From the NCBI GenBank assembly GCA_964394085.1, contig CAYMWF010000002.1, positions 48,051 to 112,050 on the forward strand: a DNA stretch of 64,000 bases. The letters run 5' to 3'. This document shows, piece by piece, positions 29,208 through 39,199 of this stretch. Source of the DNA: an uncultured Gemmatimonadota bacterium. Lineage in GTDB: Bacteria; GCA-2686955; CAYMWF01. The notes beneath the pieces were generated by a model, which ran no database searches, was not told the DNA's origin, and saw only the letters and a program-made list of their open reading frames with translations. The position numbers were made by a program, and so were the translations under genes. Numbering within the stretch: position 1 is the first letter of the stretch; every line of letters starts with the position of its first letter.

Positions 29208-29522
29208 CTACGTCGCATCGCGGGAGATATCATGCTCCAGCGGAAGATTTCTGATATCTCTGAGTTCAGTGGCAAGCTCCTCGTTCTTTTTCTTGACGCG
29301 TCTGATCTCTCTCATCAATTTGAATTCCCGTTTCACAGCAAAAAGCAATACGAATATCCCGCCCAAAAAGAAAGAGATCAGAAGAACCAGCGGCAAGGGA
29401 ACGGCATTCTCTGTTTGCCAGTTCAGAAATTGGATTTCCACTGTTTCAGCAATGTTCTGATAACCGAATACGAAAAGAAGAAGAAACATTGCGAATAGCA
29501 GTATGCTTTTTAGAAGAATCAC
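29208..29522 (-). CDS. lapA: Lipopolysaccharide assembly protein A (LapA/YciS-like small membrane protein)
   Basis: 104 aa with two TM helices and a basic coiled tail. It lies immediately upstream of lapB. Confidence 0.6.
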   Translation of the reverse strand: MILLKSILLFAMFLLLFVFGYQNIAETVEIQFLNWQTENAVPLPLVLLISFFLGGIFVLLFAVKREFKLMREIRRVKKKNEELATELRDIRNLPLEHDISRDAT

Positions 29523-29563
29523 GGTGTTCTCCTCAGCTTGACCCCGCCATCAAGAGTCATTTT

Positions 29564-30943
29564 TTATCCTGCTCCAGACTGGTTGTCAGTCGGAATTTCC
29601 AGACGGTCAGCGACAGGTCCGGACGGTGCGTCACTCAAAGCCGAAGCGGAACGCCCCAGCGGTTCACCGATCAAAGTATGAGTGCGAACTTCGGTAATAA
29701 TCACCTGTAAAATGTCTCCGGGGCTCCCATCAATTCCTTTTGTGATAACTACCGGCGAATTGGTTCTGGTCCGTCCGAACCATTCAAGACGATTCCGCCG
29801 GCTTGGCTTTTCCAGCATAACCTCCTGAGTGCTCCCCAAGCGATCCGAATTCATATCTATTGTGTTTTCTTTTTGAACCTTGATAAGCTCAGCCAAACGA
29901 TCGAGTCTTTCCTGCAACGGGGGATCATCCGGAAGAGTTGCAGCCTTGGTTCCCTCTCGCTTAGAATAAGCGAACATATAAGCAGAATCGAACATGGCGC
30001 TTTTTACAAGGTCAATCGTTGCACGAAAATCAGCCTCAGTCTCACCGGGAAAACCGACCATCAGATCTGAAGTAATTCCCGCCCCCGGCATCACTTTTCT
30101 GAATCTGGCGACCAAATCGAGAAAACCGTCCGCAGTATAACCTCGCTGCATAAGTTGCAGAATCCGGTCTGAGCCTGATTGTACCGGTATATGAAACCAC
30201 TCGCATACCTTCGGTAGAGTTGCCACCACATCCTCGAAGCCATCCTCGAAGAATGATGGATGTGATGTAGTGAACCTGATACGATCGACTTCACTCTCCA
30301 TGGAGTCAAGATGAACCAGTAAATCAGTAAACCCGGTTCCGGATGATGGATCTCTGAATGCATTAACCTTCTGGCCAATCAGTGTAATCTGCTTTACGCC
30401 TTTATGTTCAAGCTCACGAAATTCGTTGACGATATCCTCCGTCTTCTTATTGCGCTCCCCCCCCCGGACGTAGGGCACCACGCAATAAGAACAGAAGCTG
30501 TTGCAGCCGCGCATTATGGCGAGATGTGAAAAAACTGATGAAGTGGAGAATGGCAATCCGGCGTAATCGGTATCAGGATCTGTTTCGATGTCTACAATCG
30601 GAACCTCGGCTGATTCGTTCAGAAGCGTCGGAAGCCGGCTATATGTATCAGTCCCGGCAACCAGATCTATTTCCAGTCCCGACCGGCGCAGGTCTTCTCC
30701 GAGTCGTTGAGCCATGCAACCCAGGATACCGATTTTGCGACCCTTCCCTTTTAGAGCACGAAGCCGTGAAAGTACTCGGGATTCGGCTTTTGCTCTGATG
30801 CTGCATGTATTGAAAAGGATCCAATCCGCGGATTCGGGAGCCGAATATATGTCGTGCCCCTCGGATTCCAGAATTCCGGCAACCATTTCGGTATCACGCT
30901 CGTTCATCTGACAACCGAAGGTTTCTATGTAGATGCCGGCCAT
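29564..30943 (-). CDS. miaB: tRNA-i6A37 methylthiotransferase MiaB (radical SAM, MTTase family)
   Basis: IYIETFGCQMNERDTE carries the MiaB-type GCQMN. A radical SAM core and a TRAM C-terminus follow. Confidence 0.8.
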   Translation of the reverse strand: MAGIYIETFGCQMNERDTEMVAGILESEGHDIYSAPESADWILFNTCSIRAKAESRVLSRLRALKGKGRKIGILGCMAQRLGEDLRRSGLEIDLVAGTDTYSRLPTLLNESAEVPIVDIETDPDTDYAGLPFSTSSVFSHLAIMRGCNSFCSYCVVPYVRGGERNKKTEDIVNEFRELEHKGVKQITLIGQKVNAFRDPSSGTGFTDLLVHLDSMESEVDRIRFTTSHPSFFEDGFEDVVATLPKVCEWFHIPVQSGSDRILQLMQRGYTADGFLDLVARFRKVMPGAGITSDLMVGFPGETEADFRATIDLVKSAMFDSAYMFAYSKREGTKAATLPDDPPLQERLDRLAELIKVQKENTIDMNSDRLGSTQEVMLEKPSRRNRLEWFGRTRTNSPVVITKGIDGSPGDILQVIITEVRTHTLIGEPLGRSASALSDAPSGPVADRLEIPTDNQSGAG

Positions 30944-30968
30944 TACCGGGTTTCCCTGTTGACAGCCA

Positions 30969-32216
30969 TCAGCAACAAATTCTGCCGTTATTCACAACCT
31001 GTTCACCGTTTTTCAAGACAGACCGAACATGGTTTATACCAAAATTATACGGAACCTGATCGATGTTGGGAGTATCGAGAATCAGGATATCCGCTTTCTT
31101 CCCCGGGGCGATCATGCCCCTGTCTTCTTTATCGAGAGCTAACGCGCCGTGTCTTGTAACAGCTCTGAAAGCCTCGTAGGGCGTCATCTTCAGATTTATG
31201 CATGCAAGACTGATTATCATCTGTATCGATTCGGTCATCGAACTGCCCGGGTTGAAATCTGTCGAGAGAGCAATGGGAAGCCCCTTTTGGATCATAAGGC
31301 GTGCAGGGGCGTGATGATCGAGGGCCAGGAAAAAAGATGTTCCGGGGAGAAGGACTGGAATGACTCCCGTTTCTTTCATCCGGAGAATGCCTTCTTTCGA
31401 AACAGCCACCAGATGATCAGCTGAGACCGCCCCTAGTTCTGCAGCGAGTTCCGCACCACCGGTGCTCGATAATTCATCTGCGTGCATTTTGAGTTTTAAG
31501 CCCATTCTTCCAGCAGCCTCGAGGATCAGCCGGGACTCTTCATTGGTAAAAGCCGCTTCATCACAGAATACATCACAGAACTCGGCCAGGTCTTCGGCTT
31601 TGACCGCCGGGAGCATTTCTTCGATTACTTGATCTACATAGACCGAACGATCATCCTTGTATTCAGCAGGTATCTGATGTGCGCCTAAGAATGTTGGAAC
31701 CACGTCGGCAGGATGCTTTGACCCGACCCGTTTGAGAACACGAAGCGACAGCAATTCCGATTCGGTAGATAAACCGTATCCGCTCTTGGCTTCGAGTGTG
31801 GTGGTTCCGTAAAGAAGCATCCTGTCAAGGTGTTTTTCGACAAGCGCTTCGAGAGTTTCCGGGAGGATATCGCGCAGAGCCGCCGCACTTGTCAGTATTC
31901 CTCCGCCAGCTTCGGCAATCTCCAGGTATGTCGCACCCTTGACGCGCATTACGAATTCCGATTCACGTGTTCTGGCAAAGACGGGATGCGTATGCGGATC
32001 TACGAATCCCGGCGTCACGGCACATCCAGACGCATCTATGGTTTCGATGTTACCGGCACGTGGAATATTACCGACATCCGCGATAATGCCGTCTTCGATA
32101 AGGATGGAACTACCTGCCGGGAGAACATCGTTCTCACACCAGTATCCATGGTCGTCAAGTCGCGTCTCGGCCGAGAAGGTCCATATTCCGGATACGTTGA
32201 TTATCTGAAGTTTCAT
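30969..32216 (-). CDS. hutI: Imidazolonepropionase (amidohydrolase)
   Basis: GFVDPHTHPVFA metal-binding motif, about 415 aa, adjacent to hutU. Confidence 0.75.
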   Translation of the reverse strand: MKLQIINVSGIWTFSAETRLDDHGYWCENDVLPAGSSILIEDGIIADVGNIPRAGNIETIDASGCAVTPGFVDPHTHPVFARTRESEFVMRVKGATYLEIAEAGGGILTSAAALRDILPETLEALVEKHLDRMLLYGTTTLEAKSGYGLSTESELLSLRVLKRVGSKHPADVVPTFLGAHQIPAEYKDDRSVYVDQVIEEMLPAVKAEDLAEFCDVFCDEAAFTNEESRLILEAAGRMGLKLKMHADELSSTGGAELAAELGAVSADHLVAVSKEGILRMKETGVIPVLLPGTSFFLALDHHAPARLMIQKGLPIALSTDFNPGSSMTESIQMIISLACINLKMTPYEAFRAVTRHGALALDKEDRGMIAPGKKADILILDTPNIDQVPYNFGINHVRSVLKNGEQVVNNGRICC

Positions 32217-33883
32217 CAGAGTCCACCACTTCCCGCCATCGGTATCTTGATTCCATGCTTCCGGGCATTCCGGGCGGCATCCGAATATCCCGCGTCAACA
32301 TGCCGTATAATCCCGGTGCCGGGATCATTGTCCAGTACCCGTTTCAATCTTCGCGCGGCTTCGGGCGAACCATCAGCCACAATGACCTGACCGGCATGAA
32401 TGGAATACCCGATACCCACTCCGCCACCATGATGTATGGACACCCAGCTTGCGCCCGAGGCGGTGTTGACTAAAGCGTTCAGCAGCGGCCAGTCGGCAAT
32501 GGCATCGGAACCGTCCTTCATATCCTCGGTTTCCCTGTAAGGAGAGGCGACGGAACCGCAGTCCAGGTGATCCCTGCCGATGACAATAGGCGCTTTAATC
32601 TCACCGCTCGCCACAAGTTCATTGATGCGAAGACCCAACTTCGCTCGCTCTCCGAAGCCGAGCCAGCAGATCCTGGAAGGGAGCCCCTGAAATGTGACTC
32701 TCTCACCGGCGATCCGAATCCACCTTTCCAGGCCTTCATCACCTTTGAAGCATTCAAGAACCAGCTCATCCGTGCGTCGAATATCCGCAGGATCCCCTGA
32801 GAGGGCCGCCCATCGGAACGGGCCTTTACCCTCGCAGAAAAGCGGACGGATGAAAGCAGGCACGAAACCGGGAAAGGCGAAAGCATCCTTATATCCTCCT
32901 TCGTATGCCTGGGCTCTGATGTTGTTTCCGTAGTCGAAAACCACCGCTCCCCGTCTCTGCATTTCCACCATTGCATCCACCTGGACAACTATCGACGCTA
33001 CCGCACGCTTCACATACTCCTCGGGCTGAGCGGAACGAAGCATCTCCGCTTCGGATAATGTCAGTCCTTCGGGTATGTAACCGTTCAACGGATCATGGGC
33101 CGATGTCTGATCCGTAACTATATCAGGGGTTATGTTCCGCTTGACAAGCTCGGCAAAAACCGTTGCCGCATTTCCGACGAGACCGATCGACTTGGGTTTA
33201 CGGGTTTCGACGTTCAACTTGACCTCTTCGAGGGCTGAATCGAGGTTGTCCGTCATCATGTCGCAATAGCCGGTTTCGACACGGCGGCGTATTCGCTCAG
33301 GGTCGATTTCCACATCCAGTACGATACCGTCATTCATCGTTACGGATAAAGGCTGGGCACCGCCCATTCCGCCCATTCCGCCAGTCAAGACAAACTTACC
33401 GGTAAGTGAACCGTTGCAATGCTGACGCGCGCATTCTGCAAACGTTTCGTAAGTTCCCTGTAGAATCCCCTGGGTACCTATATATATCCAGCTTCCTGCC
33501 GTCATCTGGCCGAACATAATCAATCCGCGATCTTCGAGCTCCCAGAACTTCTCCCATGTAGCCCAGCGAGGAACAAGATTCGCATTCGCAATAAGAATAC
33601 GGGGAGAATCAGGAGTGGTTTTCAAAATTCCGACAGGCTTGCCCGACTGCACCAGAAGTGTTTCATCGTTATCCAGAGATCTTAGCGCGTCGATAATCGC
33701 GTGATATGCAGCCCAACTCCGGGCGGCACGCCCGGAACCCCCGTAAACCACAAGTGCTTCCGGATTTTCAGCGACTTCGGGATCGAGATTGTTCATGAGC
33801 ATCCGCATTGCCGCTTCCTGAATCCAGCCTTTGCAGGAGATATCTGTGCCGCGAGGCGCCCTGACAGGTTTATATTCAAACAT
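32216..33883 (-). CDS. hutU: Urocanate hydratase
   Basis: ...[19 protein letters not shown]...GMGGAQPL. Start set at ATG 33881-33883 (GGAGG RBS). Confidence 0.85.
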   Translation of the reverse strand: MFEYKPVRAPRGTDISCKGWIQEAAMRMLMNNLDPEVAENPEALVVYGGSGRAARSWAAYHAIIDALRSLDNDETLLVQSGKPVGILKTTPDSPRILIANANLVPRWATWEKFWELEDRGLIMFGQMTAGSWIYIGTQGILQGTYETFAECARQHCNGSLTGKFVLTGGMGGMGGAQPLSVTMNDGIVLDVEIDPERIRRRVETGYCDMMTDNLDSALEEVKLNVETRKPKSIGLVGNAATVFAELVKRNITPDIVTDQTSAHDPLNGYIPEGLTLSEAEMLRSAQPEEYVKRAVASIVVQVDAMVEMQRRGAVVFDYGNNIRAQAYEGGYKDAFAFPGFVPAFIRPLFCEGKGPFRWAALSGDPADIRRTDELVLECFKGDEGLERWIRIAGERVTFQGLPSRICWLGFGERAKLGLRINELVASGEIKAPIVIGRDHLDCGSVASPYRETEDMKDGSDAIADWPLLNALVNTASGASWVSIHHGGGVGIGYSIHAGQVIVADGSPEAARRLKRVLDNDPGTGIIRHVDAGYSDAARNARKHGIKIPMAGSGGL

Positions 33884-34098
33884 TTTCAACCTCCGTGCCG
33901 GGGATGTTCTGATTGATCCGATTCCCGATCCGGTTGGCCGGTCTATGGTGCAAACGGAGAGAATCTTCTGAAACGAAATCAATTGGTATCATAGCGGGAA
34001 AAGTTGCGTCAACCGTTTTGCATGACACAACGCTTGGATTTTACTTCCATCCTGATACAACTTATGTTATCGAATATGAGGTTACAGAAAGGCTGGTC

Positions 34099-34344
34099 AT
34101 GCTCGTTCTCGGGAGAAGAAAGAATCAATCGATCGTAATCGGCGACGAAATTGAAGTTCTGATCGTAGAGATCGACGGTGAAAATGTTAAAGTCGGCGTA
34201 CAGGCGCCGAGGCATATCCAGATATATCGAAAAGAACTCCTAAAGGAAATAGAGCTGGCCAATATTAAAGCCGCCGTCACGAAAAAACCGGAGTTTCCTC
34301 TGCGTAATCTGAAAAATCTCAATAATTCCCCAAAAGATTCGTGA
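34099..34344 (+). CDS. csrA: Carbon storage regulator CsrA (81 aa, extended C-terminus)
   Basis: Internal ATG at 34099 of the track ORF with a GAAAGG RBS. MLVLGRRKNQSIVIGDEIEVLIVEIDGENVKVGVQAPRHIQIYRKELLKEI compares with E. coli [48 protein letters not shown]. Confidence 0.8.
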   Translation: MLVLGRRKNQSIVIGDEIEVLIVEIDGENVKVGVQAPRHIQIYRKELLKEIELANIKAAVTKKPEFPLRNLKNLNNSPKDS

Positions 34345-34503
34345 ACCGGACGAATTCCGCATACCCTTCTATTCTTTAAATAAGATACAATATGGATTAT
34401 TAATCCGCATGTCCGGATATTCACCCCAGTTTCTCAAGTAAAAATAATTCAGTGCCGATAGTACGATAGTAAGCATGGGCCTTGGTTTTTCCGGAGGTAT
34501 ATC

Positions 34504-36204
34504 TTGAGCAAAAAGAAAAATAAAAAGAAGAATCGTTCCCGACCAAGAAGGGATGCCCAGCCCCTGCTTTCGCTATGTATGATAGTAAAAAATGAGGAAA
34601 AAAACCTGGAAAGATGCCTTTCTTCCGCTGCTCCATTCTTCGACCAGATTGTAGTTGTAGATACTGGATCGACCGATCGAACAGTCGATATAGCCGAAAA
34701 ATATGGCGCGGAAGTTCATTTTTTCGAGTGGATCGATGATTTTTCCGCTGCCCGCAACGTTTCGCTCGAGCACGCACACGGGAAATTTATCGTCTGGCTC
34801 GATGCTGATGATTATCTTCCGGAAGAAAGCGGTAAGCTGATAAGGCAAGCTGCCGTTTCGGGGAAACGTGTTGCATATTTCCTGCTTCTAAAGAATATAA
34901 AATCGGACCTCTCCTGTACGAAAATGTACCAGATGCGCATGTTCCCAAATACACCGGGCGTCAGGTTCGAACACCCGATCCATGAGCAAGTTACTTTCTC
35001 GCTAAAGGAATTGAATATCCCTTTCGACAGCATCGATGCTGAAATTCACCACTGGGGCTACCACGACGATGAAGCGATGCATGGGAAGCACAGCCGTGCT
35101 CTTGAAATTCTGGAAAGTCAATTAAGAAAAGAACCGGAAAACTTTTCATACAATTACTATTACGGTCTCTCTTCCCTCGGGACAAAAAGTTACGAAAACG
35201 CTATTACCGGATTTGATAGGGTGGCAGCCTCGCCAGAAGCTCTAAAAAAGAGACCGGATATGTACTTCCATGCCAGGATACTCAAGGGAAAGGCGCTGGA
35301 AGATACCGGTAATATAGATGGTGCTGAAAAGGTGTATCGCGAGATTCTAAAGGAAGCACCGCAGTATTTTCTTGCTCTTTATACACTCGGAGAGATTCTT
35401 TACAACTCGGGGCGAACAAACGAAGCGAAGGAAAACTTCGAAGGCGTTATCAACCGGGAAATTCCCATACCTATTATATCGATCCCGGTTGATTCCGTGC
35501 GTTTCGTATCATATTACCGGCTGGCAACGATTGCAGGGAACGACGAGAATTACGACGAGGCAATACAGTTATTGCAAAGAGCAAGCAGTATATATCCGGA
35601 GGAACCGAAACCGTTAATTTCCCTAGCAAATATCTTCAGAAAAATCGGAAGAGTAAGAGACGCTGTCAGCGAGTATGAGCGGTTGATCCGTCTGGAACCC
35701 GATTCACCCGCCTGGCCACTGGAAATCGGCAACTGCATGATGGTATCAAAAAAAATGGCTGAAGCTGCGGAAGCTTACAGGGACGTCGCAGACAAGTTTC
35801 CTGAATATTTCCCTGCCTCGGCCAACCTCGCTAAAACATTGTATTCGATGAAACGTTTCGACGAAGCTCTGCCATACGCGGAAAATGCGAACAGATTGAA
35901 TCCCGAAGATTCATTCATTCACAAACTTCTCGGCGATTTATATTCGAATTCGGGTCGTTTCGCAGATTCGGTAAAGTATTATGAAGTTTATCTGACAAAG
36001 AATCCTGCCGACTACGCGGTATTCACGCGGCTCGCCTTCAATTATCTGGAGCAGAAAGCCATCCGAAGCGCTCTCCTCGGGTTCCGCCAGGCTCTCGCGC
36101 TCAACCCATCTTATCCACCCGCGCAATACGGGCTATCTACTATAAACAAACAGCATGGCGATCTTGTTGAAGCGATGGCTGAATCCTCATCGACAGGCAA
36201 ATGA
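34504..36204 (+). CDS. GT2 glycosyltransferase fused to C-terminal TPR repeats (GmaR-like; candidate flagellin O-glycosyltransferase)
   Basis: TTG start with a GGAGG RBS. SLCMIVKNEEKNLERCL...VVVDTGSTDRT...WLDADD is a GT-A fold. Residues 230-560 are TPR-like repeats. It lies between csrA and flagellin 1. Confidence 0.7.
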   Translation: MSKKKNKKKNRSRPRRDAQPLLSLCMIVKNEEKNLERCLSSAAPFFDQIVVVDTGSTDRTVDIAEKYGAEVHFFEWIDDFSAARNVSLEHAHGKFIVWLDADDYLPEESGKLIRQAAVSGKRVAYFLLLKNIKSDLSCTKMYQMRMFPNTPGVRFEHPIHEQVTFSLKELNIPFDSIDAEIHHWGYHDDEAMHGKHSRALEILESQLRKEPENFSYNYYYGLSSLGTKSYENAITGFDRVAASPEALKKRPDMYFHARILKGKALEDTGNIDGAEKVYREILKEAPQYFLALYTLGEILYNSGRTNEAKENFEGVINREIPIPIISIPVDSVRFVSYYRLATIAGNDENYDEAIQLLQRASSIYPEEPKPLISLANIFRKIGRVRDAVSEYERLIRLEPDSPAWPLEIGNCMMVSKKMAEAAEAYRDVADKFPEYFPASANLAKTLYSMKRFDEALPYAENANRLNPEDSFIHKLLGDLYSNSGRFADSVKYYEVYLTKNPADYAVFTRLAFNYLEQKAIRSALLGFRQALALNPSYPPAQYGLSTINKQHGDLVEAMAESSSTGK

Positions 36205-36340
36205 CGGGCCCTCCCGCTCCTGACGAATCCAATCAACCCAGTCTAACATCCATCAACACCTAGATACCGCCCTTCAATCATGAATTCAAACTCCAACATT
36301 GTGCCATGTAAAAGGTTGCGCCCTTTTTGTAAACTTTATT

Positions 36341-36368
36341 TAAAGAATTGCGTCGAGCTCTCCGATAT
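36341..36368 (+). promoter_or_regulatory. Putative sigma-28 (FliA/SigD)-type promoter upstream of flagellin 1
   Basis: TAAAG-N17-CCGATAT versus the consensus TAAA-N15-GCCGATAT. The roughly 120-nt leader is rich in GGA motifs, including the SD AAGGAGGAUGGA. Confidence 0.35.
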
Positions 36369-36491
36369 GGATTGAGAAGTTGGACGACTGCAAGGAAAAA
36401 ATGCAGATAAAGGGGGTGAAGAACCAATAGTTTTTGATAGGGCAAGGACGCCCGAAGCGACTTACACGCAACCCATCAAGGAGGATGGACG

Positions 36492-38210
36492 ATGTCACTG
36501 AAAATAATGCATAACATCTCGTCGATTAACGCGTACGGGAACCTTCTGAAAACGGAATCCCGTCTATCGACGAACCTCCAGAGGTTATCCTCTGGTTTGA
36601 GAATCAACAGCGCCGCCGACGATCCGGCGGGTCTGTCGATCTCACAGCGTTTCCGCGCACAGATCGCAGGTCTCGGCCAGGCGGTTGAAAATGCGGAAAA
36701 CGCGATTTCCATGGTTCAGACGGCAGAGGGTGCCCTGAACGAGGTTCACAATCTTCTGACGACAATGAGAGAGCTGGCGGTTCATGCTGCCAATGAAGGC
36801 TTGAATGACTCAGTTATGCTCGCTGCGGATCAGCAGCAGATCGAATCGGCTCTCGAGTCGATCGACCGGATCGCCGATACGACCCAATTCGGCACCAAGG
36901 TGCTGCTCAACGGAGCCAACGACAATCTCGTGGCGATAACCACGAACAGCTCCGATATCGAAGCATTCGGCGCAAGCGAGCTTTCAGCCGGCTACCATTA
37001 TATTACCGTAGACAGCGTGGTGGATGCGGACCAGTGGATCAACAATCAGGATCTTGGGTTGATGGATCCGGCCAGTGTGTCCGGACTTGCAGCAGGAGAT
37101 CACGTAATCACCGTAATTCAAGAATCGGACAGCGCTGAGTACTACAGTGATGACATCACGGGTTCGGTTCAGATTATAGCCGGTAACAACGATGATTTCA
37201 TCGTACAGCTCGACGGCGGTTCGGCCATGACCGTGACCATCGCCACCGGTACCTACGCAACCGTCGCGGCTCTTGCAGCGGCTGTTGAAACCGCGGTAGA
37301 CACCGCTCTCGCAGCCGGCGGTTACTCGACAAGCGAAATAACCGTTTCCGCCAGCGATAACAAACTGCTATTCACCTCCGCCGATCATGGATCGGAAAGC
37401 TCGATCTTAATCGGCGATTCCGGGGTGACAACCACTTCAGCCTTAGAAGATCTTATGCTGGGCTCGGGAGTGGAGGTCGGTCAGGATGCGATAGTGACCC
37501 TTGACAACTTCGAAAACCGCCTTTCTGTGGTAGACAATGCTACTGACTCTTCCGCGACCCTCTATGACTCGGACGGCAACTCGGTCTGGTTCAGCATTGG
37601 GGACACTTCGGAAGGAATCGATCTCGGCACTACAATCCTCACCGTTCAGGCCAAACAGTTCCTGGCCAGTATCGATGGAGGTCCGAAATCCCGATTCTCC
37701 GCAGACGTTCAGGGCACCATCCAGAACGGTTCGGACAAGCTGGAGGTCACCTTCGGCTCCGATGTGACAGCGGGAACTTCCAATGTAAAAGTTTCGGATA
37801 ACTCGCTTCTGTTCCAGATCGGGGGTAATGAAGATCAAACGGTTTCACTTTCGCTTGCCAGTATGGCATCTTCCCAGCTGGGGCAGATAAACAACAAGCT
37901 TTCGACTATCGATGTGACAAGCACATCCGGAGCGAATACGGCGATAATGATTATCGATGCCGCCACATCCCAGGTCTCGACCGAACGTTCCAAGCTTGGA
38001 GCTTTCCAGATCAACGTTCTAGAAAGCACGCTGAATTCTCTGAGGGTATCCGAAGAGAACCTCCAGGCAGCGGAAGCGACTTTGAGGGATACGGACTTCG
38101 CGGTGGAGATGGCGGAATTCACCAAGAACCAGATCCTGCAGCAGTCAGGTATCGCGATTCTCGCGCAGGCGAATGCGAACCCACAGGTAGTGCTCTCCCT
38201 CATCGGGTAG
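36492..38210 (+). CDS. fliC: Flagellin (572 aa, large variable central domain)
   Basis: AAGGAGGA RBS. Conserved N-terminus LQRLSSGLRINSAADDPAGLSISQRF and C-terminus QNQILQQSGIAILAQANANPQVVLSLIG. Confidence 0.9.
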   Translation: MSLKIMHNISSINAYGNLLKTESRLSTNLQRLSSGLRINSAADDPAGLSISQRFRAQIAGLGQAVENAENAISMVQTAEGALNEVHNLLTTMRELAVHAANEGLNDSVMLAADQQQIESALESIDRIADTTQFGTKVLLNGANDNLVAITTNSSDIEAFGASELSAGYHYITVDSVVDADQWINNQDLGLMDPASVSGLAAGDHVITVIQESDSAEYYSDDITGSVQIIAGNNDDFIVQLDGGSAMTVTIATGTYATVAALAAAVETAVDTALAAGGYSTSEITVSASDNKLLFTSADHGSESSILIGDSGVTTTSALEDLMLGSGVEVGQDAIVTLDNFENRLSVVDNATDSSATLYDSDGNSVWFSIGDTSEGIDLGTTILTVQAKQFLASIDGGPKSRFSADVQGTIQNGSDKLEVTFGSDVTAGTSNVKVSDNSLLFQIGGNEDQTVSLSLASMASSQLGQINNKLSTIDVTSTSGANTAIMIIDAATSQVSTERSKLGAFQINVLESTLNSLRVSEENLQAAEATLRDTDFAVEMAEFTKNQILQQSGIAILAQANANPQVVLSLIG

Positions 38211-38230
38211 TAATAGATACCTGCCGGTTA

Positions 38231-38252
38231 CCCCGGGAGATGACTCCCGGGG
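38231..38252 (+). terminator. GC-rich perfect hairpin (9-bp stem, 4-nt loop) just downstream of flagellin 1; no U-tract
   Basis: CCCCGGGAG-ATGA-CTCCCGGGG. Confidence 0.35.
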
Positions 38253-38285
38253 CCCGGCCGGAGAGCGCAACACGAGGTTAGCGAA

Positions 38286-38669
38286 ATGATTACAGGCGGA
38301 AAAATACCAGACTCAACTGCAGGCGCAGCCGCCTTGCCGGCAGTCGAGTGGACGCATCCGAAAAGGGCGAAAGCTCCTCCGGTGCAAAAACCGACCACCG
38401 ACAAGCCTGTAGTCGAGAATGAAGCAAAACAAAAAAACCTGATCGATAAGGCGGAGAATCTACAATTATCGGATCAAGTGAAAAGGTATCTCGGGGCAGT
38501 CGGAAGAAAACTCAGTTTCTCACTTCACGAACCAACGGGTCAGATGATTGTAAGGATCATCAACCGTGAAACCGATGAAGTAATCAGGGAAATACCGATG
38601 GAGGAATTTCTCGAAATCGAAGCGCAAATCAAAGAGTCGATTAAGAATTTCCTCGATGTGCTCGCGTGA
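38286..38669 (+). CDS. flaG: Flagellar protein FlaG
   Basis: The C-terminal half MIVRIINRETDEVIREIPMEEFLEIEAQIKE matches the FlaG family core. Position is between flagellin and fliS. Confidence 0.6.
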   Translation: MITGGKIPDSTAGAAALPAVEWTHPKRAKAPPVQKPTTDKPVVENEAKQKNLIDKAENLQLSDQVKRYLGAVGRKLSFSLHEPTGQMIVRIINRETDEVIREIPMEEFLEIEAQIKESIKNFLDVLA

Positions 38670-38683
38670 TACAGGAGTATGAC

Positions 38684-39127
38684 ATGTCGCCCCAGAATGG
38701 TTACGGCGTCTACAAGTTGACCAAAGTAAATACAGCGTCCAGAAATGACCTGGTGCTGATGCTCTTCGATGGTCTGCTCGTTTTCCTGGAAAATGTTTTG
38801 GACGCCTTAACCGATGGGGACGCCGCCGGGGTGGAGGAATACTGCACCAGGAGCAGAAGAATCCTGGTTGAGCTTCTTTCTTCGCTCCATCCTGAATCAG
38901 GAGGTGAAATAGCGAACAACCTTCAGACCCTTTATCTCTTCTGCCTTCGTCAGTTGATAGAGGTGTCGCTCAAGAAAGATCACCAGCAGGTGAAAGATGT
39001 AATCTCTATAATTTCCCAATTAAGGGATGGCTGGATCGGGATGGAGGAATCGGATGATCAAGAAGAGGAATCGCTCGAACCAGTCGAATCACCTGCATTA
39101 GCCGATATAGTTGAAGCTGTAGGATAA
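38684..39127 (+). CDS. fliS: Flagellar export chaperone FliS
   Basis: DLVLMLFDGLLVFLENV matches the FliS LVxMLYDGAIxxL motif. ATG at 38684 has an AGGAG RBS; the track ORF begins with GTG at 38666, overlapping the flaG stop. Confidence 0.75.
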   Translation: MSPQNGYGVYKLTKVNTASRNDLVLMLFDGLLVFLENVLDALTDGDAAGVEEYCTRSRRILVELLSSLHPESGGEIANNLQTLYLFCLRQLIEVSLKKDHQQVKDVISIISQLRDGWIGMEESDDQEEESLEPVESPALADIVEAVG

Positions 39128-39150
39128 TTAGCAAGCTGAAAAGCGGAAAA

Positions 39151-39179
39151 CCGGCAGTCGGATGAAAACCGCCTGCCGG
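39151..39179 (+). terminator. Hairpin between fliS and flgM (11-bp stem with 1 mismatch, 7-nt loop); no U-tract
   Basis: CCGGCAGTCGG-ATGAAAA-CCGCCTGCCGG. Confidence 0.3.
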
Positions 39180-39199
39180 GCAATCACCAGGAGATTGGT

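Noticed and set aside
33913-34098. 62-aa N-terminal extension on the csrA track ORF
   Set aside because: Read-through of the hutU/csrA intergenic region with no RBS. CsrA homology begins exactly at the internal ATG at 34099.
37443-38203. Minus-strand ORFs (131 aa and 122 aa) inside flagellin 1, and 40605-41174 (189 aa) plus 41241-41507 inside flagellin 2
   Set aside because: Antisense to strongly supported flagellin genes. Low-complexity Ser/Ala-rich translations typical of GC-rich antisense frames.
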